A DNA stretch of 64,000 nt. Source: Amoebophrya sp. A120. Taxonomy: Eukaryota; Protista; Dinoflagellata. The stretch covers positions 3,125,014 to 3,189,013 of the forward strand of contig CAJINV010000004.1 in the NCBI GenBank assembly GCA_905178155.1, given 5' to 3'. Of this stretch, positions 1-11,675 are shown piece by piece; position 1 is the stretch's first letter; the number at the start of each line of letters is the position of its first letter. The position numbers were made by a program, and so were the translations under genes. The notes beneath the pieces are model-generated. The model worked only from the letters and a program-made list of their open reading frames with translations. It made no database searches and was not told the DNA's origin.

Positions 1-3000
1 TTACATTTGCCATTTGGGCTGAAGAACCCCCGTGAAGATTATTCTCCTCATCGCCTTCTCGTTGTGTTCCCAACACATCAGCCCCGTCCTCCTTATGCAC
101 CTGGTTGAGCACTTCCTGGTTGACATTCCCGATGGAACTCCGTACCTGAGACCCGGACGAGCCCCGGTCCTTCGAGCTCGACCGTTCCTTGGAGCTACCC
201 CGCCCAGTGCTGCTCAAAATTAAGGAGCTGGTGCCGTGCCCAATGTTGCTGATGAAGTTTCCATATGAATTGCAAAAGTATCGCACTCGTAGTATTGCTG
301 TTATGCATGACAAATGCTCGCTCCCAAGGTAAAACAGCATATACAAATTTCATTTGTAAAAATGCTAAGTCAATTTGTAATGCAATTCATACTAGTACGA
401 TGCTTTTGCATCTGATATTCCAAGCCCAGTTTGCTTCTGGCTGTTCTGACTCCCGGTGCCGCCGGAAGAGGAGCTTGCGGACGTACTGTTAGCATTCGGC
501 ACGAGCGGGACCGGCTCCACAATGTCCATTTCTACCAGCTGCGTCAAGGCCAAAAACTGCCGCAAAGCCTCAAACCGCGCTTGCCCGCTCCAGGGGGGAC
601 AGGCAGAGGCAAGAATGTCAGCCATGGTCCACGCCGACCGAAAGACCGCAGCCATCTTCACAATCGAGGCGGGGAGAGGGTCCAGCGACTCGATGACTGC
701 GAGCACGGACCCGATCATAAAGGTGTTTGGCCACCCGGCAACTTCCACCGTTTCGTCCAGATTCTCCTGGCAGGTCACGAATTTCCCGCTGGCGTTGGCG
801 CTCTTGTCGTGCAGCTGCATGTGGCCGTAGAGCTGGAGCATGGCCATGGCCTCGCGAACGAATAACGCGTTGCCCAGCGTAATGTCGGAAATGTACTTTA
901 CCTGATAGATCATGCACGATTTTTTGGATTTTCCTACATTTAGCATTTGTTCGCGTGGTACGCCCCCCTCATCAAGTTGTTCTTCGCAATCAATCACTAG
1001 TACCAGCAGTCATTCTCCTTCTCATGCAAAACCTAGCACCTAAATCAATGATGGCACCAATTGTCATGATGTCTGATGATCATCAACATCAACAAAAGCA
1101 CGATAAGTACTAGTGGCATTGGTATGTTTTCTTGGGGGCAGTTCAATTCGATGGACATGTATTCCCCGACAAGTTTCTCGCCAAATCCCTGCGTGTCCAG
1201 CCACACCCCCGTCTGCCTCGTTTCCTTGACGAAGTGCTGCATTACCCGCTCGTAGCCTGGGATCGTTTTTCGGTCGCGTACACACAGCACGATGGTCAAA
1301 TTGTGGCTTGGTTTGTTGTTGTTCGCGTTGTTTTTGAAATTCACCGTGTCGTTCTTTCCACCGCTGGACGCAAGTCCCGTGGAGTTGGTCCCGAAGTTGT
1401 AGTTCGTCGTAGCGGCGGCCCCTGCTCCACCTAAGGACCGCGGATTGCTCTTCACCCCACCGACTCCTGCATTAGCACCCCCGGCGCCCCCCGAACCCAC
1501 GTCGTACCGCTGCTCCCGTAATTCCTTGTACAGTTCGAGCAACGCGTATGACAGTTCACAACTCCACCTCCCCCTCATTTGTATTGCATGAACAGCAATA
1601 CAGACAGCCCCACCTGCGGAGCCTGCGCATGACAAGTTGATGCGCCTAGTGTAGTACTGTTTGGGCTTGCGGAATCTGTCATGTTGGAAGGCTAAGGGCT
1701 GGGCGTCCCCTCGTAAACTATTCTTACAAGCCGTAGCCTCATACTCGGTAAACTCTAGAAGAAATCTCTGGACAACGCGATTTCTATCGAAAGACAAACA
1801 CAACAGCGTCTGGGACGGCCGCGACGGAAGCTGTGTGAATATCTGGATAGAAATAGCCCTGAACAAAAACTTTTCCTAGCACCGAGGGATTAAAAGAAAA
1901 AGTAAGAAACGATGAAAACCGCTACTAAGACACAGTCCCCCCTACGTCGAAACAAAAACACCCTAAAGGTGGTAGCACCAGTAGTATCAGTAATGGTGTC
2001 CTAAACACGAAAGCGTGCGTGTGAAGACAACACACTAGGACTTGCATGCAAGTGGCCAACGAAACCGGGCGTGGTGACAGAGAGAACCACGAAAACTAGC
2101 AACAGCACCAGGGCGGGCCTGGGTGAAAAAATGCATGACAAACACAGAAAAACGGAACAGGACATGACAAAGAAAGGCCAGAATGATACTAAAGGTGCCA
2201 CCAGGGTGGAAAAAAGTGTTGGTCTTGTGCGTCTCCTTGGTCTCGAACCCACAGCCCAAGCTAAACACTAAAGTAATTTTTGTAAACAGTAAAACAAAAC
2301 TATACGCGCGCAAACTAAGCTACTAAGTCTAGACCGGTCGCTCCACTTCTGCCTGTACCGTCTCTACTCCGTTTTCTCTACCACCCTAAGAAGTGGCGAG
2401 CGTATGCATAGCATGCCTAGAGCAGGGGACCGCTATGACGCGTCGTCAGGGCGCAAGCTAAGTTTTCATTCCCAGAGGGCAAGGACCCCCGCATGCAAAT
2501 CTGCCAGACACCCTAAACAATATAAAAACCGACCGTGAGGTCGAAACCAACATAGGGAACTGGCAAAGGGAGGGGAAGAGGAATCTGTCATGCAAGCGGT
2601 ATCACGCAGCAGCGCTTGGATTTGGTTTTGGTATTGTGCATGACAAATGAGGGGGAGTGGAAGTTGTGCACTCTCATAACGCGCCGGCCACCATCCAGAA
2701 GGTGGAATCGTCCGTGCGGGTGAATAGGTTGGTGCCGCGCTCGAAGCGGAGCGCTACCACGACGGATTTCTCCTGCAACAGTTTGCGGTATGCATTGCAA
2801 ATGTGTCTGGGTCTCCTGGAAACTTGTGATGCTGAGCGCAGATGATTGAGCACACTCCAGCATGCAGCCAAGCATGACAAATTGTGAGGACGCTTCCTCT
2901 TGATGCGTAGCGCGCATTCGAAACTGTGCTTTTGCAGGACAAGGCTCCTTTTTGTTGATCATGCAATACAGATTTTACGTTTTTACAGGAGTCCAAAAGA

Positions 3001-6000
3001 CGCAATACAAGTTTCACTTGTCCACACACAGACCTATTTACACTGGATAAGCGGACCAGCGCGACGATGAGGGAGGTGAGATCCTCGTATCCAGGAAAAA
3101 AGAACCATCCCTATCCAATTTATGCATGACGAACACAGGATTTCAAGTCAACTTCATACATGTTTTGCATGACAAATTGGATGGGGATGGTTGTTTTTTT
3201 GTGGATACCTCGTACTTTCCGTGCATACTGGGGTCGTCCTCCTCTTCGAACGTTGTTTATGCATTGCAAAAGTATCGTACTAGTGGTAGTATAAATCGCA
3301 TCACAAATCATTTTTCCATAAAGGAAAATGGAATTTTTCATGCTGATTCACCAAAAACGGGATATTTGTCATGGCATGACAAATATCCCGTTTTTTAGTA
3401 TCCGTAGTAATTGCTATCATGCATGATACGATACTTTTGCACAGGATATTGTCAACGTCTTCCCGATGATCAGCAGCTCCTCGTCCTCGTTTTTACCATC
3501 GCCTTTGGACGCTTGTTCCGCGACAACGCTGTCGTGGATCCATGGGGGTCCCAGGATATGCAGTGCAAAAGTATCGCACTCGTAGTATTGCAATACAAAT
3601 TAGCTCAGCATGACAAGTGGAATTTGTCATGCTGATTTAGCTTGCAAAAGAAATTTGTAATGCATAACTGCAATTAGTACGAGTACAATACTTTTGCAGT
3701 GCATACAGGACGCGGGGCAGCCAGTCCAGGACCTTCTTGTACCACTGTTCATCGTGCACGTCGTTGTTGTACGAGAATTTAGCATTTGTTCCTTTCGTTC
3801 CGGAAGGACTGGAGGTGTAGCCAGAAGTTGCAGACGTAGAAGTTTCAACCAAGTGTTCCTTGATGATTCTTTCGAGGCACTGGAAGTCCGAGTCCGCGGG
3901 AAAAGTGTGGTCGGTCGAACGAAAAATGGAGCAGATCGAACGAAGGATGTCGGAAAAAACACGCCCGAGTTCACCTTTGATTTACGGTAGTAGAAAACAG
4001 ATCAGTTGTCGTTCATCTCTGCAGTGCAGTAGAAGCAGCTCATCGGTGCTTGCCTGCTCAGATCATATGAAGATGAACAATCCTTGCAAAAATCTTCTGT
4101 ACTTCTACGCTGGGAGTGCTAGGTGAGCCTTGAGACTCGCAACTGAATGTACTGTAGTACGACGTTTAGAAATTTTTATATCAAATAAATCCCAAAAATT
4201 TTCAGTCTAGTACCTGGCCTCACTCCTCCGGCGCCCACGATTGGCAACAGGTCGAATTTTTCCGTGGCCGCGTGCACGACGTACTCTGCGAGTTCCGTTT
4301 TCCCGAGTCCGAACCCGCCGAAGACGATCATGGGCCCCCCGTCGTGGAAGACCCGGTGCCGCTCGATTTGCTGGGCCGCGTCCGGGAATTCTTTCGTTTC
4401 TTCCGCGGCGGGCTGCGCATGCCCGATGGTGGTCGTGTGCTTGGTGTCCAACCCGACGGTGTGGAGTTCTCAAATGTTACATTCTCAAGCGTTGCATGAA
4501 TTTGTCATGCGGAAGTGCCAGCAATATCTACATGACCAAGCTGCTTCGCATGACAAGTCACTGACTCGCTAGATAGCCTGAGACTCTGCGCCAAACCTGT
4601 TGTAATGCAAAAAGCGCAATCTTCCCCCTTTCGCTTTTGCCGTTCTTGTATTACAAATCCACGTAGCAGTTGAGAATGTAACGTTTGAGAACCCCATAGA
4701 TGGCCGCCCGGGCTTCGAAGATGTTGTCCACGTCGGCCAACGGACGCCCGCTCGACTTCGAGGCCTGTCAGGATGAAAAACTAAAAATCGATCAGGCTTA
4801 TTCATAAGTTGTCTTTTTAGTCCTGATTCCCTGTTTTTGGTCAAGTCCTCAGTCAATGGCCATTGCAATCATTTTATGCATGACGATGTGATGCCACATA
4901 CACTACACACCCCTGGTGGCTTCTAGATATTATGCATCTTTAGTTCTAGTACCGCTGGCACGGGTCGGTCGGTTTCGTCGAGTAGGCGCTGGCAGATGAT
5001 GTACTCGCGCCAGTTCTGCACCTTCAGCAACTTGTTCGTGCCCCCGACAAGTTCCGACTGCACTAGCCAGGGTAGGTGCAACTTCTTGCTTTTCGGACAC
5101 AGTCCCAGCACCGGCTTGGGCTGCTGCAAACGCGGCTCGAAGATCGGGATCAACGCGGTTTTTCCCTTCACCTTGATTTTTTCCAGAATGTTGAAGTCGA
5201 GCTCCGACTTCGCCAGTTCGTAGGTCCGTTCCCCGACGAGAATGCCCTGCGGCTTGGCGTTGGCCATCAGTCGCGCCGCGAGGTTGACACTGTCCCCCAA
5301 AACCGTGTATTCCATGCGGCTGGCGCTCCCGACCACGCCACAGTAGTTGCGACCGGTGGTCACGCCGAAACGGGCGGTCAAGTTCATTTTGATCATCACC
5401 TTCCGGATGTCCATGCAGCAAAGGATGGCGCGGATTCTTTTTTGGGATCATTTTGCAGTATGGGTACCAACGTGTGACCACGTGGCTCAGGAGCTATAGA
5501 TGGTGGCGCACGGCAAACGGCATGACGCATGCCTTCTATTTTATTTTTCTTGCTTCAAATCTGTGAAAAAAATCTTTTTTCGACAAGCAACATCTTCCAA
5601 ATCGTAAAGCTAATACGCGTCGTCCTTGTGCACGAGTGGTGGCAGTCCGAAACAGAGCAGAAACAGCATGCCCTTGTCGTCCACGAGGAATTTGTTCAGC
5701 GTACCCTCGTGCGCGTTGCAACACCTCTGCACGCCTTTCATCAAGAGGTCGGCCTGCTGGCTGCCGTCCTCGGTGGCCACATCGATGCCCTGGACGTTGA
5801 TGAAGATGACGCTCATGTTTCGCATCTCGTTCACGTACTGCAGCGTGCCGCCCGCAATTTGCTTGAACACCGCGGAGGGAATGTACCGCCGGCACAGGTC
5901 CAACTGGTCGGGACCGAACTGAAACTCCTTGCGCCGGTCGGTCTCGACTGGAATAGAGAAAGAAGTTTTTTGGGTGAATTAGAAGGTGACGAGCCATTAT

Positions 6001-9000
6001 TTCACGAATTGCGCATGCGGATGCGCACCAGCATTGTACTATACATGCATTTACTGTAGTAGGCATATATCCACACAAAATTTCTCCTCCTCCTCCAAAA
6101 TGCCATTTTTTTCCATGCAAAAAAACAAAAAAAACAAAAAAAACAAAATGAATTTCAAAAAATTTTGTAGTCTTCCTGCAATATGCATAGCAAAGTCATG
6201 TAGCTATCATCACCATGTTACAAAAGCCTATGTACTTAGTGTCCCTTCTCTATGTTAACTAAGCTAGAGCTTCTGGTAGGATTTGCACACAGGAACCCAG
6301 CGCCACCATCGGAGGCAGCTATTCCCGGCTGAGCAGCGTCGCTGGCCCTAAGCCATGTCGCAACGCTTGATGCGAGAGTGCGAGAAAGCGCTTTTTCATT
6401 TAGAAGAAACACGCAGAGCAGCTGGCTCGGCGTCGACCCTCGAGGCGCTGCGCGCGAGTATTGGAGTTGATTCACTTTTGAGTGCCCTAGACTGTGTCGC
6501 ATCCAATCCCATAATTTAGCGTCTTATATGACTGCACGCACAACAATAAATAAAAATATCTGCTGCGCGGATCCGCTACCGCGCATCTGCAGGTGCCGCG
6601 CCTCGCCTCGCCTGCGATAGCTCGCTGACGAGGACGGACACGAAACAACTTCACGAGAAAAGGGTCTCGGGGTTGGTCGAAAAAGTTGGCTCAGCTTTTT
6701 TGTTTTGGATTTTTTGAGTTGAAAACGAGCTCGCTTTTGGAGTGGAGGATAAATTTGGCACGAGCTAACGGCCTTAAAAAAATTTATCCTCCACTACTTT
6801 TTTATCGATTTTCTTTTAGAAAAAGCGCGGAGGATAAATTTTTTTCAATTTTTTTATGGCAGTTCGCTCGTGCTAAATTTATCCTCCACTCCAAAAGCGA
6901 GCTCGTTCTCAACTGTGGGCTTACCATGAAAAAAAAGCTGGATCAACCTTCGCCAACCACCTCTGCAGAGATAAGGCCACGGCTAAAAGTAGCGACATTG
7001 CATCACCGCATCAATTTTTCCCAATCAACTCCCAGGTCATTCCCTCTCCTCCCATGTCGCCACAAGATGGCAGGGCGACATGGAGACCGCTCTGTGGAAC
7101 GTAAAGTGCAAGCCGGTCGCTTTGGTGGCACTCCGGCGCCTGCGGGCAAGACCATACCAGGCCCAGCTGCAAGTCCTGAAATCCGAGATCCCCGAGGACG
7201 AAATTGACCACCAGACTCTGGCTTCCAGGCCGGTGCTTTTTGAAGACGAGATGGCAAGCGAGCCGCTTGTCGCGACGCTTGATGGGGCCAGAGGGCATCA
7301 GCAGACCCAGTCGCAGATGTACAGTCTCGAAGCGGCGTCGTCCACCTACACCTACCAGACACTGTAGCTAGTTAAGATGATAGCTAGGGGCACAACTAAA
7401 CACAGACAGCAGATAAACTCACACGCATGAGATCAGCATGCGCTTCGTGGTCATACCTGAGTTTTTTTTTTTTCGATGCCCGAACTTTTGATATTTTTCA
7501 ATGCAAAAAAAATGCGTTTTGGAGGAGGAGGAGAAATTTTATGTGGATAGCATAGTATTTCAAAATCATGCCTGGCTTTGTCGGTCTCAATCAGCAAAGA
7601 TTAAGATTCACGCACCACAAGCACAACGATAAAGTCTCGATCTCATCAAACATTCCCATACTTGCCGCCTGTTTCAGCACGGGAAACGTGTGCAGCTCCG
7701 GCTTCAGCTCCCCCAGCATGACGAAATCGTGACTGGTTTCCCCCTATCAAATGTAAAAATGTCTGGGTCTGGAAGAATGCAGGCTTGTCATGCAGGTTTT
7801 CCATGACCCATGAGGTCTGGTATGTAGGACATAGCATGACAGACTCTGTGAGAGTGTTATCATGCCTATTCCGCATGAGAAACTGCCTCTCGATTAGGTC
7901 AAAAGTGGACAGCTTTTGGCAATCATGCAACACAGATTTTGACATGATTCAGATTTAGCATGACAAGTTAGCATTCTTCCAGACCCAGACACTTTTGCAT
8001 TTGATACCCCCGACGCCAGTTTCCGCTCGACCGGGGTCCCCTCAAAGGTGTGCGCGACCAAATTCCACGCTTCCGGCGAGAGACACGTCTCGCCGTTGCT
8101 GGCCAGCGGCTCCGCGATGGAGATCTGTTCCATCGGCGGGCCGCAGATCACGTACTCGTACCGCTCCACCGTGGTTTCGGGCGGGACCAACCCGCCCACT
8201 TGCAAGATGGTCACGTCCCCAAATCCGACGCCGATGTGGAGGCAGAGCTTCACCCCGTCCACGCCCGTGTCGAACATGTGCAGGCGGCGGTGGATCTCGA
8301 TGCAGCAGGCCGAAGCCCTCAGGGTGGCGAGCTCCTCCGGACAGTGGCCCTTGCAGCCGTAGGTGCCGCAGGGGGGCAGGTTGTCGTCCAGGTCGGGGTC
8401 GTTGTCGGCCGGGAAATAGATGGTCAGCGCGTCACCCGAAAACTTGATCACGTCCCCGCGGTAGCTGGAAATGATGTCAATCAGCGGCGTGAAAAACGCG
8501 GTCAAACACTGCGATAAGAGCTCCGCGCCGTTACCTAAATAGTCGGTTGTGTTTCAGATGGTGCAACTACATCTGAGGACTTCTAAGTAGCCGGATGAAG
8601 CGTAGACGTACGTCGTGAAGCTAAACGTTACGTTCTCGACGAAAGAACTCAATGAATTATCAATCCACCGCAGCAGAAGGTGTAAATCTTTTGTAGGTAG
8701 AGGTACTGGTACTACAACGCCGGCATTAACAACCGTACAGATGAAAAAAGTGCTAAAATTCAATTCAAAATCCGTCTCGTCAGCACTTTTCTGCGCCAGC
8801 TTTTCCGTGAGCGCGGTGAACCCGCTGGCGTCGGAAAACACAACGGCTCCGACGCCCTTGTGCACCACCACGTTGTGGCCGAGTTCCCCCTTCGAATGCG
8901 CCTGCTGCACGATCCAGGGCACGAAGGCGATGGCGCCCGCGAGTATGTCCGAGTGCTTCCGCACGATCCACCGGCGCGCCAGTTCGATCATCGCCTCGCT

Positions 9001-9141
9001 CCGGGCCAGCCGCCGCTCCCGCTGCACCTCCTGCAGCGCCTCCCGCTTCTTGACATTGTGCGGCAGCTTCTGGGCCAGCTTCCGCGGCAGCAGCGTGTCC
9101 CCGACCACCGAGACGGCGGTTTGAAGATACGCAGACGCCAT
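1..9141 (-). CDS. Soluble-type (sAC/ADCY10-like) class III adenylyl cyclase with C1, C2 and a P-loop domain; multi-exon, 3' end runs off the window
   Basis: C1: FSDASGFTALTEKLAQKSNGAELL...GDVIKFSGDAL. C2: GTLNKFLVDDKG and EYTVLGDSVNLAARLM. P-loop GGFGLGKT. Inferred GT-AG introns 8535-8786, 5948-7661, 5437-5616, 4765-4952, 3975-4213, 902-1110, plus 8 exonic TIR elements whose removal (+5 nt) keeps the frame. Confidence 0.9.
264..417. mobile_element. TIR introner, family B
   Basis: TATGAATTGCAAAAGTATCGCACT...AGTACGATGCTTTTGCATCTGATA; TSD TTCCA/TTCCA; removal gives GLGNF in frame. Confidence 0.9.
1547..2678. mobile_element. Large (1132 bp) TIR introner, family D
   Basis: TATGACAGTTCACAACTCCACCTCCCCCTCATTTGT...ACAAATGAGGGGGAGTGGAAGTTGTGCACTCTCATA; TSD ACGCG; removal gives VAGALLELYK. 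Confidence 0.9.
2789..3049. mobile_element. TIR introner, family A (diverged)
   Basis: TATGCATTGCAAATGTGTCTGGGTCT...CACACAGACCTATTTACACTGGATA; TSD TGCGG/AGCGG; removal gives ALVRKLLQ. Confidence 0.85.
3088..3207. mobile_element. TIR introner, family E
   Basis: TATCCAGGAAAAAAGAACCATCCCTATCCAATTT...AAATTGGATGGGGATGGTTGTTTTTTTGTGGATA; TSD CCTCG; removal gives GKYEDLT. Confidence 0.9.
3258..3448. mobile_element. TIR introner, family B
   Basis: TATGCATTGCAAAAGTATCGTA...TACGATACTTTTGCACAGGATA; TSD TTGTT/TTGTC; removal gives KTLTTFEE. Confidence 0.9.
3557..3705. mobile_element. TIR introner, family B
   Basis: TATGCAGTGCAAAAGTATCGCACTCGTA...TACGAGTACAATACTTTTGCAGTGCATA; TSD CAGGA; removal gives PRVLGPPW. 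Confidence 0.9.
4460..4698. mobile_element. TIR introner, family C (left end TGT)
   Basis: TGTGGAGTTCTCAAATGTTACATTCTCAA...TTGAGAATGTAACGTTTGAGAACCCCATA; TSD GACGG/GATGG; in-frame join RAA(I/V)GLDT. Confidence 0.88.
6068..7549. mobile_element. Large (1482 bp) TIR element inside a GT-AG intron, family J
   Basis: TATCCACACAAAATTTCTCCTCCTCCTCCAAAA...TTTTGGAGGAGGAGGAGAAATTTTATGTGGATA; TSD GCATA/GCATA. Confidence 0.88.
6717..6914. repeat. Nested fold-back (MITE-like) inverted repeat
   Basis: About 50-bp arms AGTTGAAAACGAGCTCGCTTTTGGAGTGGAGGATAAATTT.../...AAATTTATCCTCCACTCCAAAAGCGAGCTCGTTCTCAACT; GGAGGATAAATTT occurs four times in alternating orientation. Confidence 0.8.
7745..8006. mobile_element. 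TIR introner, family A
   Basis: TATCAAATGTAAAAATGTCTGGGTCTGGAAGAATGC...GCATTCTTCCAGACCCAGACACTTTTGCATTTGATA; TSD CCCCC; join LASGETSH. Confidence 0.92.
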
Positions 9142-11675
9142 AGTTCTTCTGTACTTCTGAGGGTCACATAGTTGGTGTGGTGTTTTGCGATTCTTGGTCT
9201 AGTACTGTGTACGAACGCGACCACTGATGTGTCTTCCTAGTAGCAGTTCTTATGCAACTCTCGTCCAACCTCCACAACTCTCTCTACAACCTGAGGAACG
9301 GTGTGCGCAGGTAGGCGCCAGCCTCTGGCTGTCGTGGAAATGTGCTCTCATCTTCGGCTCAGACTTTCGCTCTCCCACCCGCCACTGCAATTGGATTTTG
9401 TGCACCCGCGCACGGGAGGACCCGGGCTCATCCTCTGGCACACGCACACCAATCTCCGCGGTGCGGGCGTTTGGGTTTATTGGGTTTGACTTGCTACAAT
9501 CATCTACCGAGATGGGAGACAACGGAAAAAATGCTGGGGACGGGGTCCAACGAAACAGAAGGAACGCGACTGCATCTATGCATAGAAGCACCACGGCGGT
9601 CCTGGGTGACTGATCCTGACGCCCGCCGGCTGCGATTCTTTGCCGCCTTTACTCACTCGCAACCAATCAAACAAAACTCCACGCGGCCAGCCGGACCCCC
9701 AAATAGATTCTCCGTCCAAACGGACAAAAAGAGCCACGCCACGGGGGGAAAACAAAGCCGCCCGGCTCCGGGCGGCCGGCGGACTGGCGCGCTCCCTCGC
9801 AGGCGCCGCCGGGCCATGCATGGGCAAGAGCCACAGGCGCCAAGCAACAACCCATTACATACCAAGGCCAGGCATGGCGCCAGGAAATGCCCCCAGATGC
9901 AAGCACCCACGCAAGAAAGGAGAGGCAAGCCACGCCAAGCCAACTAACATGGGGCGCCATAGGCTTATCAACAGAAGGCGGGCGGGCGCGCGGGCGGCCG
10001 CGCTGCCTTCCTTGCTTGGTTTGGGAGGCGCGCGGGGCAGGCGGGCGGCGCCTCCGTCCTAAGTAAGGTAGGAGGGGCGCCCGCTGCACCACGGGCAGGG
10101 CCTCCAATCAACGAAAAGCTAGCCAAAAAGCAGGGGGGGCCGGGCAAGGCCATGACGGGCGGGCGCGTTGGGCTTCGCACTGTCCGCGTCTTCCTTTGGG
10201 CGACGGACGAGGTGGCGGTGGGCGACGCGCTGCGCAAGCAAGGCGGCCCGCTGATTGCGCGCACGCCCGCGCCGGGGCCTCGCAACGTACGCCCGCAACG
10301 CGGGCGCCAGGCGGAAGGGCTTGCCCTTCACAACCGCCGCCAGGTCTCCGCTGCCAAGCTTATCGCAGTTGAAGCCCCCATCTTCGCAAATGGCGAGAAG
10401 CGTCGCATCGTTTTCAGCAGACACGACGCAACGTGGCTCATGCACTCCAGGAATAATAGTGCGCCCGTGGCCTTTCGGTGAGAAACGCAGACTCCCCTCA
10501 CTCTCCTCGCTGCAGCATAGGGTGGAGATGTCACGAAACGCCATCCCTGGGAACGACGCTGGCTGGGCTAAGGGGAAAGGTACAAACATCATTGCGCGAC
10601 GCGGGAAAAAGTCCGGCGGAAAGACACACATGCCGGCCTCGGCCTTCCACCGGCCCGCCCCCCCGGGCCGGGGCTAGGTAAAGCCGACCGCCCGGGCAGA
10701 CGAGGAAGGCCATGCATGGGCCACCCGAACGGCCCGGCCCTCCAAATATGTGGGGCGCGCGCTGCAGCCCTGCAAAGGGGGTGCACAGACACACCCAGGC
10801 CCCCCCGGGGCGGCTCGCGCCTCACCCTTGGCTTCCCCGACAAGGCCCGGCGGCTCTGCCCCGGCTGCGGCGTGCCACTTCCCGACCGCGTCGAACAAAG
10901 ACAACGCCGCCCCTGGCGCCTCTCTTGGAACAAGGATAGCGTAGGCCAGTACTTTGCTGGCTCCTGCTAGCCCCAGGGTGGGGCGCGCGCGGGGCGGCGC
11001 CCACCGTATCGCGACCGGCGCGCCCATAACTCTCCAAACATGCTCCGCGCCGGTCTTCTCCAGCCCCGGCAAGCGCTCATACATTCTAAACACCCTAGGG
11101 CGCGCACAAGAGTCGAGCGCGAGCATTCCAATGGCTGGCCTCGGTTACCTCCCAGGGGCAACAAAGGACAACATACAAAGGCAGGCAGGCAGGCCCCTCG
11201 GCCGCCGCGACGGGAGTAAGGGCCGGCGCCGGGACCGGTGCCGGAAAAACGACGCACCCGCGTACCTTCGCAGCGAATCCGCGGCGGGCTCTATTAAAAC
11301 GCCACCACAACTGGTTCGAACGTGTCTGGCCTCAGTAAGTACAAGACGAAGCGCGGTCTTCAGATGGGAACACTGGCTTTCAGAAACAAGCGTAAGCAAA
11401 GTCTTTGTCTTGCGAAGAAGAAGCGATCTTGCTTCTAGCACGAGCGTGTCGTCCTTCATCGTGCCGTCTTTATTATTACTTCGTATGGTGTGTCTGTGTG
11501 ATTCTGATTTCGATGTGGTTGGGATTGCGATTCTCGTTTTGCTCACAGGATAGGCATACGCAATGATGCGCGACATGAGGAATCAACACCAGCAAACTGC
11601 TATTGATGATCTCCACCATTATCAAGCAAATTCATGATAGGTATCGCTCGTCCAGGGGCTGCGCCTCTACGTCTA

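Noticed and set aside
264-417. TA target-site duplication (Tc1/mariner or Paramecium IES-like)
   Set aside because: Keeping one TA breaks the frame here. The flanking 5-mers are the duplicated unit, and the empty sites confirm this.
2225-2260. B-box-like GGTTCGAGACC on the minus strand as a tRNA or SINE
   Set aside because: No T-stem closure or cloverleaf could be built.
10119-10631. Possible APE endonuclease or C2-domain remnant (LLAICEDGGFNCDKLG)
   Set aside because: Resemblance too weak to call without a profile search.
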